From Yuukianura sp. NJ FZ-2021 (taxonomy: Eukaryota), in assembly GCA_046563655.1 (NCBI GenBank), contig CM102284.1, positions 2,604,001-2,668,000 on the forward strand: 64,000 nt of DNA. Reading direction: 5' to 3'. Below, in pieces: positions 10,930-23,996 of this stretch (within the stretch, counting starts at the first letter, position 1; the number at the start of each line of letters is the position of its first letter). The position numbers were made by a program, and so were the translations under genes. Below the pieces are notes generated by a model. It worked only from the letters and a program-made list of their open reading frames with translations. It ran no database searches and had not been told where the DNA came from.

Positions 10930-13900
10930 TCAGGCTCCAAAATTTTGGAAAATTAAGCCGTTCGGCATGTAGATGTCTAGATCAAAGTCAGGACTGTTGC
11001 CACCGTCATCCGAGTTATCATACATCGAGATAAAGTCCATGAGGTCTAGAGAGTCGCTATAAATCATAAAACAACAGAAATCCACATTTCAAAAGTTTGT
11101 ATAAGGAGTATTTGTATATTACAGAGCTTCAAAATTCTTCATTAACTTCAGGTTTTGTTTCTATCACCCAGCTGACTTTTGAATGTATGAATGAATTATT
11201 AAACATTTAAGTACATAATTTTTACCTTTCGCTGGTAAAGTTTTGCTCAACATACGGCCCAAATGTATTATTATCTGGACTTGCGGGGTAGATGGGGGTA
11301 CCAGGTTGACTGTAGGGTACGTCTGATACACTGCATAGTAAGATGAACGCAAAAGTTATTAATACATTACAAATATAAAGCATCGATTGCATGTGGGCCG
11401 TACCCATTAAATCATGTTGTAATTATTACCCTTACCCTAGAATGGTTGTTCGCAGTCCTCTCCTTACGTATCCGTTTGAGTTTGGAGTCAGTGTCTCATC
11501 TGTTGACGTATAGTACTTTCCAAATGCACTGGATTTTGAAATATTTGGATACAAGCAGTGGAGGTGCGGAAGGTCAAAGATGCGATCCGCCAAAGATCGC
11601 ATGGCTAACTCTTTTCCACTAAATGGTGCCAAGCTCAGAATATTTTGATCTGAAATGCAAAAGTTTTACTCGAAGGTAAATATTTACAGTATTAATGTTT
11701 TTGCAAAAAAAAAAATACCCAAGTAAACTGAAAAGTCAGAATATTTTATTTGCATTACCAGTGTGAACCCAGGAAATGGTGATGCCGCCCAGTTCCGAAT
11801 CGCTAAAACGCAGTAGAAAAGTACCAGGAGCGCATGAGCTTAACAGTTCCATTGCCTTTTGCTTATCAACGAAGCCCATGATGGATCCATCAACCCACGA
11901 ATGAGACAAATGCTGTTTTGTTAACTAGTAGAAACAAAATAATGTTGAAAATAGGGTTAAAAGGTTAAAAGTTAACTTTTAGTTTTAAAAAGTGTTCTGT
12001 TAAACCTCTCATAAATTCCTACCTTCATAATAGCATAAAACCAATCCCAAAATGTAAAAGCCTTATCCCGAAGTGGCACTTTGCAAAACTGTGTCCAACT
12101 CAGTACTTGCTCGGACTCCGGAGTTCTGCATCATAAGAACCAACTGATGTAAGGTAGTTACATAAATTTGAGTCACTTTAAAAGTGAAAAAAAGAGCTTG
12201 GATTCTTTTTAACCTAGACAACTTTGCTGCTAAAAAGTGAATGTGGTCTTCCGTAAGGCCCCTGCCGGTGATTGCTTCGAATTTGGCATTCAGAGCATGG
12301 GCAAACTGGGACCAGGGCACTTCCATCGGAACGCTCAATCCCGGGTCTCCAAAGCTGTTTGCCCAAAACACCGGAGCCCACGCGTGTGGATCTTGCACTC
12401 CATGGACAATCACGACCACGGGAACAGACAAAGTCCAAAGTTTGAATTTCAGCTCACCAACCGCACATACACATTGGAAAAGCAAATAAAATTTTGCATC
12501 CGTGACCACTTCGCTTCCCTTCTTTTCCGCTCTTTGAATACGTTTTAGCTGCATATTCCTGAAAATGAAACTCAAATTTTTATAATTTCCGTTCGCAATG
12601 GAAAAGGTATTTGAATTTCTCACCTGAAAAACGCACTCAAATATCTGGTCTGGCTGTTATACTGCATCGTTCCACTGTTATTCAAAATTTCTCCGCTGGT
12701 CTCATTTGCCCGTTCTGGTTGCTCATTTTTGAGCAGTCGAATTGCTTGAACTTCGTTGATGATAGTGACTTTGACCTCGGGCGGAGTCATGCTTGAATGT
12801 GACAATTTTTTTTAATTACAGAATTACAAAGTTAAGGTGTGCGACTACCCTGGAAACTGGGGGTCAAAATGCGGCTGTAACTCATGAATTGAAAAATGGT
12901 CTGGATCAGTGTAGGAAGGTCGTACAATGACCCACAATATATCAAACTTTAGGAAAAGACTTGATCTAGTACCCTGTCGGAGCAAATTACAAAATTTTAG
13001 TTCTAACTGTGAAAAAAATTGACGCATACATTCCTCCTCCATATTTACATAGATAGAACTAAAATTTTGTAATTTGCTCCGACAGGGTACTAGATCAAGT
13101 CTTTTCCTAAAGTTTGATATATTGTGGGTCATTGTACAACCTTCCTACGCTGATCCAGACCATTTTTCAATTTCAATGTCGCGGTCTCAGAAAAGTTATT
13201 TTAAAACCCAGACGACGGCAACCGAACTTGTGTCAGTGGTTTGTTTGTTTGAAAGTGCATACTTTTTTTGATCATCTTTCCACTGATCCTTTTTCACCAC
13301 TCACTAAGGGTGTTTCTTTTTGTCGATGTCTGCATGTTTTACTAACTGCACAAGCTCCGTTATCGTGGTTACTAAATTTAACGATTATTGTTTATTAGAC
13401 GCATAACACACGTCCTTAAGATACATTTTGATTTAAAGTTAAATTAAAATTTAGCACGTACTTTAACCGTCCGCCCACTAGAAGCCGGACGGCAGATACA
13501 AATCGAGTGCCCTTTTTCATCACTTGGGGTGGCTGCTTTTCAACAATGAATGTTGAACTCAAAAGACGTGAGAACAACTGAGTTACCTAGAGGTTGTAGT
13601 AAACACAATCATGCATACATAAATGTAAAAAACTTTAAGGTCATAGATATGATAAGTATTTCCAAGCTCTGACCTGATGATTCAAAGTAGCAAGATCTGC
13701 GTCGCACGGATGAATTCGATCCCAAACCGAATTTGATTGTTGCAGACGTTCAATTTCCTTTAACTGATTCCGCGTGCTCCAAATAAGTTCAGCTAAATCC
13801 TCACAAAAAGACTGAAGTGTGTCCAAGCTATTTTGAAGTTGAGCGCTGTTTCGCGCGAGTTGATTTTCGCGCTTCCATTTTGCCAATTCGTCCAATACGT

Positions 13901-15213
13901 TGGACTGAGTTGCACTGAGATCCGTAGCGATGGTGCTAATTTTTTCAATAAATTCTGACCTCATCTGTGCCAAACTTTGCATTTTCTGGTTCAGCGATTC
14001 TAAGCGATCCTTTTGCTGTGAAGCGTTTTGCTCAAACATTTCTACTTGATTTGCAGGAATTGTTGCATTGTGCAATCGGTAAGCTCGAATTATACCTAGG
14101 GATAAAAAGTATCTATTTTATATTTTCTATTGCATTTTGCATTGTTTCAATTTTTTCAATTTTGAGAAACGAAAAGTTACTCAAACCTTCAAGTTTTTGA
14201 AACTCGTGACATTTTATGGCAAAATTTTCTTGTTCCTGTTCCAATTGCTGTAAAATATCTGCAGTCTCTAGCACTCTGGCGCGAATGTTGGTTAGCTTCG
14301 GAATAATTTCTGCTGTCACGTGGTCATGTTGTAACTGGAGGTCCCGAAAACTATGTTGTTCAACACAATTTATTTCAACAGCGAGGCATTCGCGAAGACA
14401 TCGGAACAATGAGGCAGGATCGTGTCCAAATTTTTCCTTAAAATACAATTCGGTTCACCAGAAGAGAAAATACAGAAAAACTTAAGGATTAAGTAAAAAT
14501 TTTCACTTTCGAGCTATGCTGATTTTTTTTTGAAAGTACTACTTTCATTGTATCTGCTACTTGGGATTCCAATGTTGTTGCGACTTTATTATTATTTTAA
14601 TAATAAATATTTAGTTCAACTAATTAATCTTACTTGTATTTTTGGCAGTGCTCCCAGAAGTTTGATTCTTAGAAGGTACGGGTCATCATTAGCCATTGTT
14701 TTGACTTTGAATTCAATTTGTTTATGAAGGTCATCGAGGAATTGGCGAATGAGCAGTTCATGGCTAGGATTATCCGGGTCAATAGCTGGATTTCTAAAAC
14801 ATAAACAACACTCTGCAAATCCTGTCTTCCTGTTGTGAATGTATGCTTAAAATACCAAACTGATGTGGAGAAAAATAATAGAATAATAAATATAATACAA
14901 AAATAATATTATATTCCTGAGGATCATTTCGACAGCGTAATGAGATTTTCTTAGTTTCGGTACAAAAAATATTTATCACCTTATTTAATTTCAGGTTAAG
15001 TTTTGGTTTCAAGTATATTTTGCGAAAAGAAGTAATTCATTCCACCTTTGTTTAAAAGCTTCAGTTGTCGTTTAGTTTGACTGACCTTACGCTCTCCTCA
15101 ATCCAAGGAGCCAAAACACCTCTGACCTCTATGGGAAAATGATCTCCATATAAATTATGAATTTTATGGATGTCCGCATGATTTAGGGTTTGCACTCTGT
15201 TCCAAATTGACAT
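10930..15213 (-). CDS. STAT: Signal transducer and activator of transcription (STAT5/STAT92E-like), 12 exons
   Basis: Exons 15213-15086, 14793-14634, 14436-14187, 14095-13674, 13586-13462, 12791-12624, 12558-12214, 12125-12023, 11924-11759, 11649-11436, 11330-11226, 11056-10930. Motifs: N-domain [26 protein letters not shown]-binding PVVVIVHG, linker [10 protein letters not shown]2 [20 protein letters not shown], phospho-Tyr GYVR. Confidence 0.95.
12887..13172. repeat. Long inverted repeat (119-bp arms, 48-nt spacer) in STAT intron 5; foldback/MITE-like
   Basis: Arm 12887-13005 is the reverse complement of arm 13054-13172 with 2 mismatches. Confidence 0.95.
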
Positions 15214-16704
15214 CTCGGAGAACACTTCTTTTCTCTAAAAATTACTAAGACTTTTGCATGTAAATCGTTTTTTTTCTTCACTTACTGACTTACAATGCAA
15301 TAAACTCGTTTGGATGATTCGTTTTTGACTTTATAGGTTTCTTTTAGTTTCACAAGGAATATCTCACAATTAACAGATAGCTTTTTATGCAGATTTATTT
15401 ACTTTCCTCGTTTAGCAACATCACTGAGGGAGTCCGAACTTGAACTTACTAATTTTGCACTCTATGAAACTATTTTATACAGTTGTGGTTTCTTTTTTTC
15501 TTCGTCTTTTTTTTTGCATGAGATCACTATTCTCTGGAAAAACAAACAAACTGGCGTCGGCATTTTCTTATGCTCATGACTGCACTCTACACCGCTGAAT
15601 CATACGAAATCTTTGAATAACATTCATTACATATAAAAAACTGTCACTCAATTGACAACGTAGCAGTGTAATAAATTATTGCATTTGCAAGGCCGGCAAA
15701 AGCTTTTGTTTTCATCTAATCTATATTATATTAGAACTAGAGAATAAATAGATTATATTAGAACTTTGTTTTTGTTTGTGTTTGGGCAAGGCTGTAGCGT
15801 AGCATGTCATACTTTATACTCGGAAACCGACAATTTCTAAATTCGCAAAACCTAAGACTAGGAAAAGCTTTACAATCGGTTTTAGGTTGGACTGTGCTTG
15901 ATTAGTTAAGTTATTAATTTCTTATTAAATTAAGAAAGCTTTGCGGCTACATTCTGTTTAAGTTGCGTTACAGAAAAGTTCCGGGTAGGTTAGTTTATAA
16001 TCCGTTTTAGGCACGTTTTCTAGGCTTGTGGAATGGTTGGTACTTGATTGTGGGCTATGAAATGGTACTACTCCCAGGGAATTAAAAGATTTAGAATGGA
16101 ATGAACATGCACATAAATTGCCGACCTCTGGACTGCAGAGAAGATGTATCGGGTTATGTTCTGCAGTGTTTTTGCAAATCTTGAGAGGCTTCAAACGAGG
16201 AGAGAGAATTCCTGGAACTGAACTGCGATGCAGATAAGCTGGATCGGCTTTATGTGGAAATGTGATTTTGCATATTATTTGCTTTGTAAACTAACGGCAG
16301 TTGCAATAATTTCACGGAATGCACTCAATCAAAGTTCATACCTTTAGACGCTACAAGGCGCAATAGTATTCGGGATCAAATTGCTGCGGTCTTATTTGGA
16401 AAATTAGCTATGCTTGAGATTAGGAAATTTTCAGGAATTAATTACTTAATTAATTAACAAGAACTATTAATAGTTGATAATTTAAAAAATTCCAGGAGTC
16501 AAATTGCAGTTTAACGTTTAAACTGAGTGAGCATTAATGAGAAACGCTGTAGTCAAGTATTCACTTAATTTGTTTCTTTAATTTACTTAATGCACGTTCC
16601 TGCATTGTGGAATGAAAACTTTCAATATATTTGTTAACACGGAAATGAGTAATGTGACATAATAAAGGCCAATTAATTTGTTAATAGCTTTAGATGGTTG
16701 CGAA

Positions 16705-18176
16705 TTAACTCTGGTAGCCTCCTTTCTTTGTTCCTCCAAAGCTCCTGCTTAGCTGGTCCGCATCAAAAAATTGAAGGACCTTAGGTTGCCATTCGCTTTT
16801 GTTAATACCAAGTACCTAGAATATAAAAAATTTCAGTATTTGAAAGATGTAGATAGATAAACTGAACATAAAGTGAAAATGCATAATTCTATTTCTCTTT
16901 GAATTCCAAATAAATTTCACCTGCAACGTCCTGGAAGTGTGAGGGCTAAAAAGGTTTCTGACGAGATTGAGAATAGTGTCAAACGCTCTTGGTGCTAAGA
17001 CAAAAAACCGTGCTTAAAATGTAAATTTGAGAAATTTTGTGAAATTACACGCATTGATAAAAATAAAGACAGAACCCATAAAATAAATGGGAGCGATTAG
17101 CTTGTGTAATCAAAATATTAACCAAGCATATGTAACGGTTGATCAACTTACAATTGATAGCTAAATGAGCAACCGCCATGTTCGGGTAATTGTTTTCGTA
17201 GATCACAATGTAGTTAATATAGAACTGTAGACCTGTCAAAATGTTTTACATAAAGTCAGATACCATTAAATGCGTTAAACTCGATGTGCACAAACACGTA
17301 CGGAATAGAGGGACATGCTTACAAGCTAGACATGCATGCTGTCTGAGATTAAACTGGTTCAGGTCAATGAGAAACATAAATTGAGAGTGGTTGGAGTGAT
17401 ACGCCATTGTTGAGATTTTTTCAAAATTGTAGATGAGAAATTTGTCAAAATTGAAACCGAGCAAGTAGCCTTTGCGCAAGTCCCATCTTGAGTAGGCTGT
17501 TTGAATAGCTGGATAAAATTTCAAAGTTATATAAAATTTGCAAGTAAACTTAATTATTGTTGCTGGTAATGTTTGCTAATAAAAAAAATGCAGCTACTAT
17601 ATTTACTTGGTCTGCCAACTTTGTCCCTAGCAACACCATAGCCAACCGGGTAGAGCCTTTCCGCTGCAGCAATCAATTCCTTGTCATACAGTACCTCGTC
17701 GACTTTGTTCTGTTTTCTCCAAGTCATTGCCTAAAGTTTAAAATTTTCAAAAACCTTATGCAATAACTTTATCAACAACAAAAATTCTATCTTGCTTATG
17801 TTTTTGTATATCATCGTAACTGAAGTTTGTACTGTTTACTTTTTCCAGCATTTCTAAGGATGACTTTATGTTCAAATCCCTGGCCCTTAGCCAATGGATC
17901 AAATAAATATCTTTCTTCTCATAGTCCTTTTTTACAATGTTGTGGGCCAAAGGACGGAACTGCAAACATTAAGTAAAACATTTATGCAAAAAACAATAAT
18001 ATTGATTTCGTATTTTATATGTGTGTTTTAACTAATCGGTTTAACTAAATTAATTTAACTAAACTTACTTCGTTTAAAGCTTGCAATTCTTTTAGTGTGT
18101 AGACTTCTTCATATTCTGCTCCAACACTTATTGTTAACGAAATGAATAACAGAACTAGGAAATTTGAAAAATTCAT
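16705..18176 (-). CDS. SEC14/CRAL-TRIO-like lipid-binding protein with signal peptide (copy 1)
   Basis: Seven exons. MNFSNFLVLLFISLTISVGA...; DIYLIHWLRARDLNIKSSLEML (CRAL-TRIO N-domain); RDKVGRP; YENNYPNM; INSPRAF; FGGTK. Confidence 0.88.
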
Positions 18177-19013
18177 AACAATTCGAATCTCTGACAAAAT
18201 CTAGAGTGAAGTGTAAGATTTCGGGTGTACAAACGTAATGCAAAACAGGAAAGCGCTGAAGCATTCAGAACAAGAAAATCAAGTTTGCCAAATGATTTTT
18301 TTCGAATAAAATGTCAGTTTTCATATCGTGCAAAATTGTGGCACGGACAACTTCTACCCTTCAATTTACAAATCTCATCCGTCTGACAGCTTTTCCGCCC
18401 AAATTCTAAAGTTCTCATGAAACTTGATGAAATCAGAAAAATCGCGTGTGTAGAATCGAATGATACAGCAACATTTGGAATTTTTTAGAAACAAGTTGTA
18501 ATAACATGGGGTTTGCTAAATCAGCGCAATTAGAAGACCGCGGTTCAAACAAAGTTGATATCACAAGAATATATTTTTCCAGAAGGTCATCTGTTACGCA
18601 AGTTAACTAACTACTACGTGATCAACGGCTGCTAATCAACTAGTTAGCACAGGAAATGTTTTCCAATTTTTAGCAATTACTTCCATATATATATATATAA
18701 TTTCAGAAATATGATTTCGTGTAGATAACCTGAAATCATGCAAGAACCTGCAAGTAATTTTTGTTTAAATGACGTAAAAAACATGATTCTATAGCATATG
18801 TATACATGAAACTGATTGTGTCAAATGTGTTGTACATTAAGTTATGCTGTTATTTATGGAATAGGCAAACTGGTTTTCATATGTTAACAACTTTTACCAC
18901 ATTTTCATTTTCTGATTTACAAGATAAGTTATTGGAGATATATTAAACAGGACTGGGGTCAACATGACAACGTCTGCGTATTGATTCCGTACATTAAGCA
19001 TGCTGTGTACCGC

Positions 19014-20361
19014 TCAAATTGCTTTGCTACCTCCGTAAGATCTGGTCAATTTCGAGGCATTAAATTCCTTCAGAATAATTGGTTGCCACTCTGCCTTGTC
19101 AACACCAAATACCTAAATTTATAATTTTATAAATATTAAGCCAATTAAAATTAACCAAGTGAATGAATGTTTAATAAGTTTGTCTAACCTTCATCACACG
19201 TCGCGTGTGAGGACTCATGAGTCTGGTAATTATTTGAAGTATAGCTTCAAATGTTCTTGGGGCTAAAAAAGCGTCAAAATTGTTGCTGTGTTCTTGAATG
19301 TTGTTTATACTTGTTAGTAAAAAATTTTTGTCAGGCACTTACTATTGACAAGGAGAATAGTTCTTGCAGTGTTTGGATAATTTTTTTCATACATATTCAC
19401 TAAATCAATATAGAATTGAAGGCCTAAAAACATACAAACGCAAATTTAAGCATTTTAAAATAAGAATAAACAAAATTTTAAACGGAAATCCAAAAACTTG
19501 TATTAGCTTTAAAGTTTTTTGCAAGTATAATGTATCTTACATAAAAGACATGCGTGTTGTCTGGCGTTATATCCGCTCATGTCCACTAAGAAGTTCCACT
19601 CGGAATGTCCTCCTCCGTACGTCAGAGCAATGATCCGCTCAAAACTATACATGAAGTAGCGCGCAAAGTTGTGTCCATTCAAGTAGCCTTTACGAAGATC
19701 CCATTTTCCAAGAGCAGTCTGGTAAGCTACATTACACATTGTGCAAAATACGTATTTATAATATATATATATATTATATAAATACTATGTTTTTACTGAA
19801 TACATAATACAATTAAATCAAACCAAAGAGTTACCGGGTCTGCCTTGTTTGTCGCTAGCTGTTCCAAATTCGGCAGGGTATAACAGGGTGTAGTTCTGAA
19901 TTGTTTTATCTCCCAAAATTCCATCTACTCGATTCTCTTTCCGCCAGTTTTTATGCTAAAAAAATAGTTTGTTTGAAATTTGTTGAATATATTTTAAAAA
20001 CTTTTGTGTATACATGAAGTCAGTGTTTGAGGAAAAATAAATTACTTCTTCAAGCATTTGCTTTGCCGCTTTGACATCCAAGTTCCTGGCTCGGAGCCAG
20101 TGTACTAAATAGATATCCAACTTCTCATAGTCTTTTCTCAGCAAACTGCTAACAAGTGGGCGAAACTGTTAGGCAACATTGTAAATTGTATTCATTACTG
20201 ATTTCAAACTTTTTTAGTTAAATTATAAATGTTATTTAGTTCCTTACTTGTCTCAGAGCCGCAGCTTCCTCTGTACTGATATATGCTGTGCCTTGGGCCA
20301 GCGCACTTACCAAGCAAACAGAAAAGACGAAAAGTATTTTCAAACTTCCTACGGCTTTCAT
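19014..20361 (-). CDS. SEC14/CRAL-TRIO-like lipid-binding protein with signal peptide (copy 2, tandem paralog)
   Basis: Same seven-exon layout as copy 1. MKAVGSLKILFVFSVCLVSALA...; DIYLVHWLRARNLDV; SDKQGRP; YEKNYPNT; VNTPRTF; YGGSK. Confidence 0.88.
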
Positions 20362-21958
20362 TTCGTATGAGATTTTGAAAACCGTTGAAATGCTCAAACT
20401 TTTGAAATCAAATGAATCCTTGCTCGTGAGAGGAGTGAATTCAACGCAATTGAGCTAGTGCCTCTGCAGTCAACAATCCTTGAATTACTTAACTATTTCT
20501 GCAATTAAGTAGCCCTCTCAGGATGCTTAGATTATAATCGGTTTGGGCTTGCCTTCTTTTCAATGTCAAGAGAATATCAAAAAAAAAGAAGAAATAAGAA
20601 AGAGGTTGCCCTTGTCACTCATCCTTCCGTAAACTTTTCCCTAATTGTGCATTCTTTAGTGATTTCAAGTTTTTCCGCGAAACCGGTTTGTGGATTAGTA
20701 TTTGAAAGAAAGTTTCCAAAGAAACAAAAACAAAAGAATTCATCAGAATCACATGATTTCCAACAAATTTTCCTTCTAATGACAATAAAAAGCATTCTGC
20801 CAGTAATTACGTGTGATTTCACCAGTAAAGAATTCTGTTTTTGTTTGAACTTTGTCTCTTCATTCCTCGAAATCGTTTTCTTTTTTGTCATTGCACACAT
20901 ATGTATGTGAAAGATCACGAAAATCCTTTGTCATTGCTTCAGTCTTCAAAATTGAACGCATACCCAGCATGATGCACCAACAACATGATAACATGATAAA
21001 GTAGCGCAATTGTTAATAATGTTGAAAATATGTTTATTTGAAAACCTTCGTTATGTAATACGTATTCTTTTAGTTTCTGTTAATAGACTTTTTTTAGTGT
21101 GCAATATAATAGCAGCTCTACCTCAAGCGCCATTTGGTGAGCCTTGGGCTCTAACAAGTTTGTTAAAACTGGAGAATATGTTGGGCGAAGTTCAATTTTC
21201 ACAAGCAAAAATTAGTATGAAAATCAAGTTTTTGTTTCGTTAACTTGATGTCATGCGTAGATTTCACACGGCAATGACGAACGGTTAAAAAAATATTTTC
21301 CTAATTACCGCCTCGTGCAATTTATATGCAACCCGGAGCACCCGATTTAGCTATAAACTGGTTTTTAGTTAATTCGTTCTACAAAGTGCATCCGCTAAAG
21401 CTCTACAAGTTATATTTGCTTCTTATTTTAGGTAATTAGATTAACGATACGATGAAAATACTGTAGTTTAGGTTTTCAAAATGCATTTGAACATTATAAG
21501 TACAGTTTGTGTATGCGAGAACATTTTTAATTTTTATTTTAATCTTGTTGTTCATAGTTTTTTTTTTTTGCAGTTTTTTGTTTGTTTAATTTTTGTTCAA
21601 AAACTTGCAATTTTGTATTGGACATCAACTTCATATGAGCTTTTCCAGAAAAAAGATATTTCTACACCTGGGTGCTTTTTAGATTTCATCACACAAGATT
21701 GATGAAATTTCGCTGAAGAGGATAAAGATAAAATCACTTACAGCAATTCAATTAAAAGCAATATGTCAAGACATAATTAACATGTTTCTCGCAAAGGTTG
21801 CGAAAATTAGCCTGCCTTTTTTTCTTTTTTCACAGAAGTTTACTAGATTCCTACTTGTTACTAAATTAAGGTTTTTAATTAAAAAAAAGAATATATATAT
21901 TCCACGATCGAGGTCGTTTTCCTCAAGGAGTAAATCTTTTGAGCAGAAGTTGTACGAA

Positions 21959-23628
21959 ATGATTCGAAAGTTCAACCTAGTTTCATACTCTGTCATATTC
22001 AAGGCAGTATCATTACTGAATGTATTTCCGTGTAGTTGGTGCAATGCAACTCAAACGTTAAAAATTACAAAATCCAAACTGAAACTTGCATTGTGGCACA
22101 TAATATATATCTTGGAAATTTTTCATTTTACGTTTCTTACAGTTCGGATAATAGAGTCTATTCACAGACGTTACTCTCCATCTTTTCTTTTATTTCAATT
22201 TGTATGGAACGCTTTGTATTCGGTACCACTATTTTGTCAGGCAAACACAATTGCAAGGTAACCAGATGGTTTCAAAAATGTCGAGAAGAAATACATTTTA
22301 AAAATTTTCAAAAAACGAAAGGTTTTGGACAATTTTTAACGAGATACACGATACAAGTTTCGTGCTTAGATTATTAAACTATCTTTTTTCAGATATAATA
22401 CTCTTTGAAGTGTAAAATTTGAATCTGATTTTTAGACGGCAGGAATTTTCGAATTTGATAACATATTGGCTGAAAATGGAATCCTTGGAACCTGCGTTGC
22501 ATAAAAATTCGTTACATAAGTTCTTTGCTGTGTTTTTCCCAATTGGGCTTCTACATACAATCAACCAGGCCGTAGTTTATGTGAAAAGTCCAGAGTTGCC
22601 ACAATATTGGATGTCGCTGTACAGAGAATATATTTGTGAAGATGTCAACCCAGCAACCTATTTTGCCTTTACAGCGTTTGAAATAACTTTAACAACATGG
22701 AATTGGGCGCAAGTTTTTTTCTATTCTACAACACTACTTGGATGTTGTTCAACGATTCAAGAAAAAATTTCAGAAATAAGGTTTGGGTTAACACCTAAAT
22801 TTTACTATCTTCGCAAGGTTTGTTCACTTGATTTTCTTTAATAGGTTGCGTAATAACTAATGTTTTTTTTGTCGATGTTAAAAAAAGTTCATTTGTATTC
22901 CGCAACCATAACATTTTAAACGCATTTCAAAAATTTTACTTAAGAATTGGTATCCAAAGCTCTAATCTTTTGGAACGGGTATTTCTGGTGCTCCGTCCGT
23001 TTTTGTCTCTTGTTTTAATTTTTTGGCAAACAACAGGCATTACGCAACCTGTTAAAGAAAACAAAATGGGTGTCAAAGAACCTTTCTGTCTTGGTATTTA
23101 AATAATACATAGACGTTACCTGCTTGAATGTCGGAAATAGCGGTTCAATATGTACAACTGGTATTCATTTTTAGGAGTTCAAAGGACAATGAAAGAGCAA
23201 CAATGCTGTACTATAACCTCAATCGTTTTGGACTAGGTTTTGAGGAGTGTTACGTTTTGATCAGTTTGGGCATCAAAATTTGCGTGTTCAATTTGATTGT
23301 CGGCGGTACATACAATATGGTTACGTTTAGATTGCCATTACTTCAATTCTCTCTAATGATGTTGACAGTAGTTGCATGTTCATCTGTCTTTTACTACGTG
23401 TTGGTTCCACTTTGTAATTTGCACTACATGGCGCAAGAGTGTATCAAAAAAAGGAAGTACGAAGCAACTTCGCCGTGGCAAAGAAAATGTTGGACGTCAT
23501 TTAGACCCATGCGAATGACCGTCAGTTTCTACGTTCTGGAAAATAATAGCGTTCTTGTATACTTCAACTTCGTAGTCCTTCATGTTATCAACATTATTTT
23601 GTTGTTCCCAGCAGAGCCGAAGGTATAA
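21959..23628 (+). CDS. Multi-pass gustatory-receptor-like chemoreceptor
   Basis: Exons ~21959-22257, 22436-22780, 23175-23628. About 7 hydrophobic segments; GR-like C-terminus (FRPMRMTVSFYVLENNSVLVYFNFVVLHVINIILL). Start codon uncertain. Confidence 0.65.
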
Positions 23629-23996
23629 GTTAGAGCTACAGCTGTATTGTTATAATCAAAACCTAAGCTGTCAAACAAATATTTGGAAGTCATTGCTTCA
23701 GAACACAAAGATGAGTAATTCACTTTAGCGCTGCATCGTTATTGCAATCTGAGTTCTGGTATTTATAGGATGTGGATGGAATGTTCTTTAAATAAAAAAA
23801 GTGTTATGCATTTATGGCTATCCTTATTTTAAAACAATCAAAGAAAAGATGTCGCTGGAACAGGTTGAATAGGCGAGAGAAGAAGTATCAACCATTTTTC
23901 AGTTTCAAAAGTATATATGGGTGTTTTGAATGCAAATTTCGAGAAACAATAATATTTTCAAAGTTTGTTTATTAAGAGGAATTGCATGGTTAGGAT

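Noticed and set aside
12845-13398. ORFs sharing the peptide [20 protein letters not shown] on both strands
   Set aside because: Artefact of the inverted repeat inside the STAT intron.
20563-21702. Several 70-115 aa ORFs
   Set aside because: Low-complexity K/F-rich translations of AT-rich intergenic DNA with no motifs or splice support.
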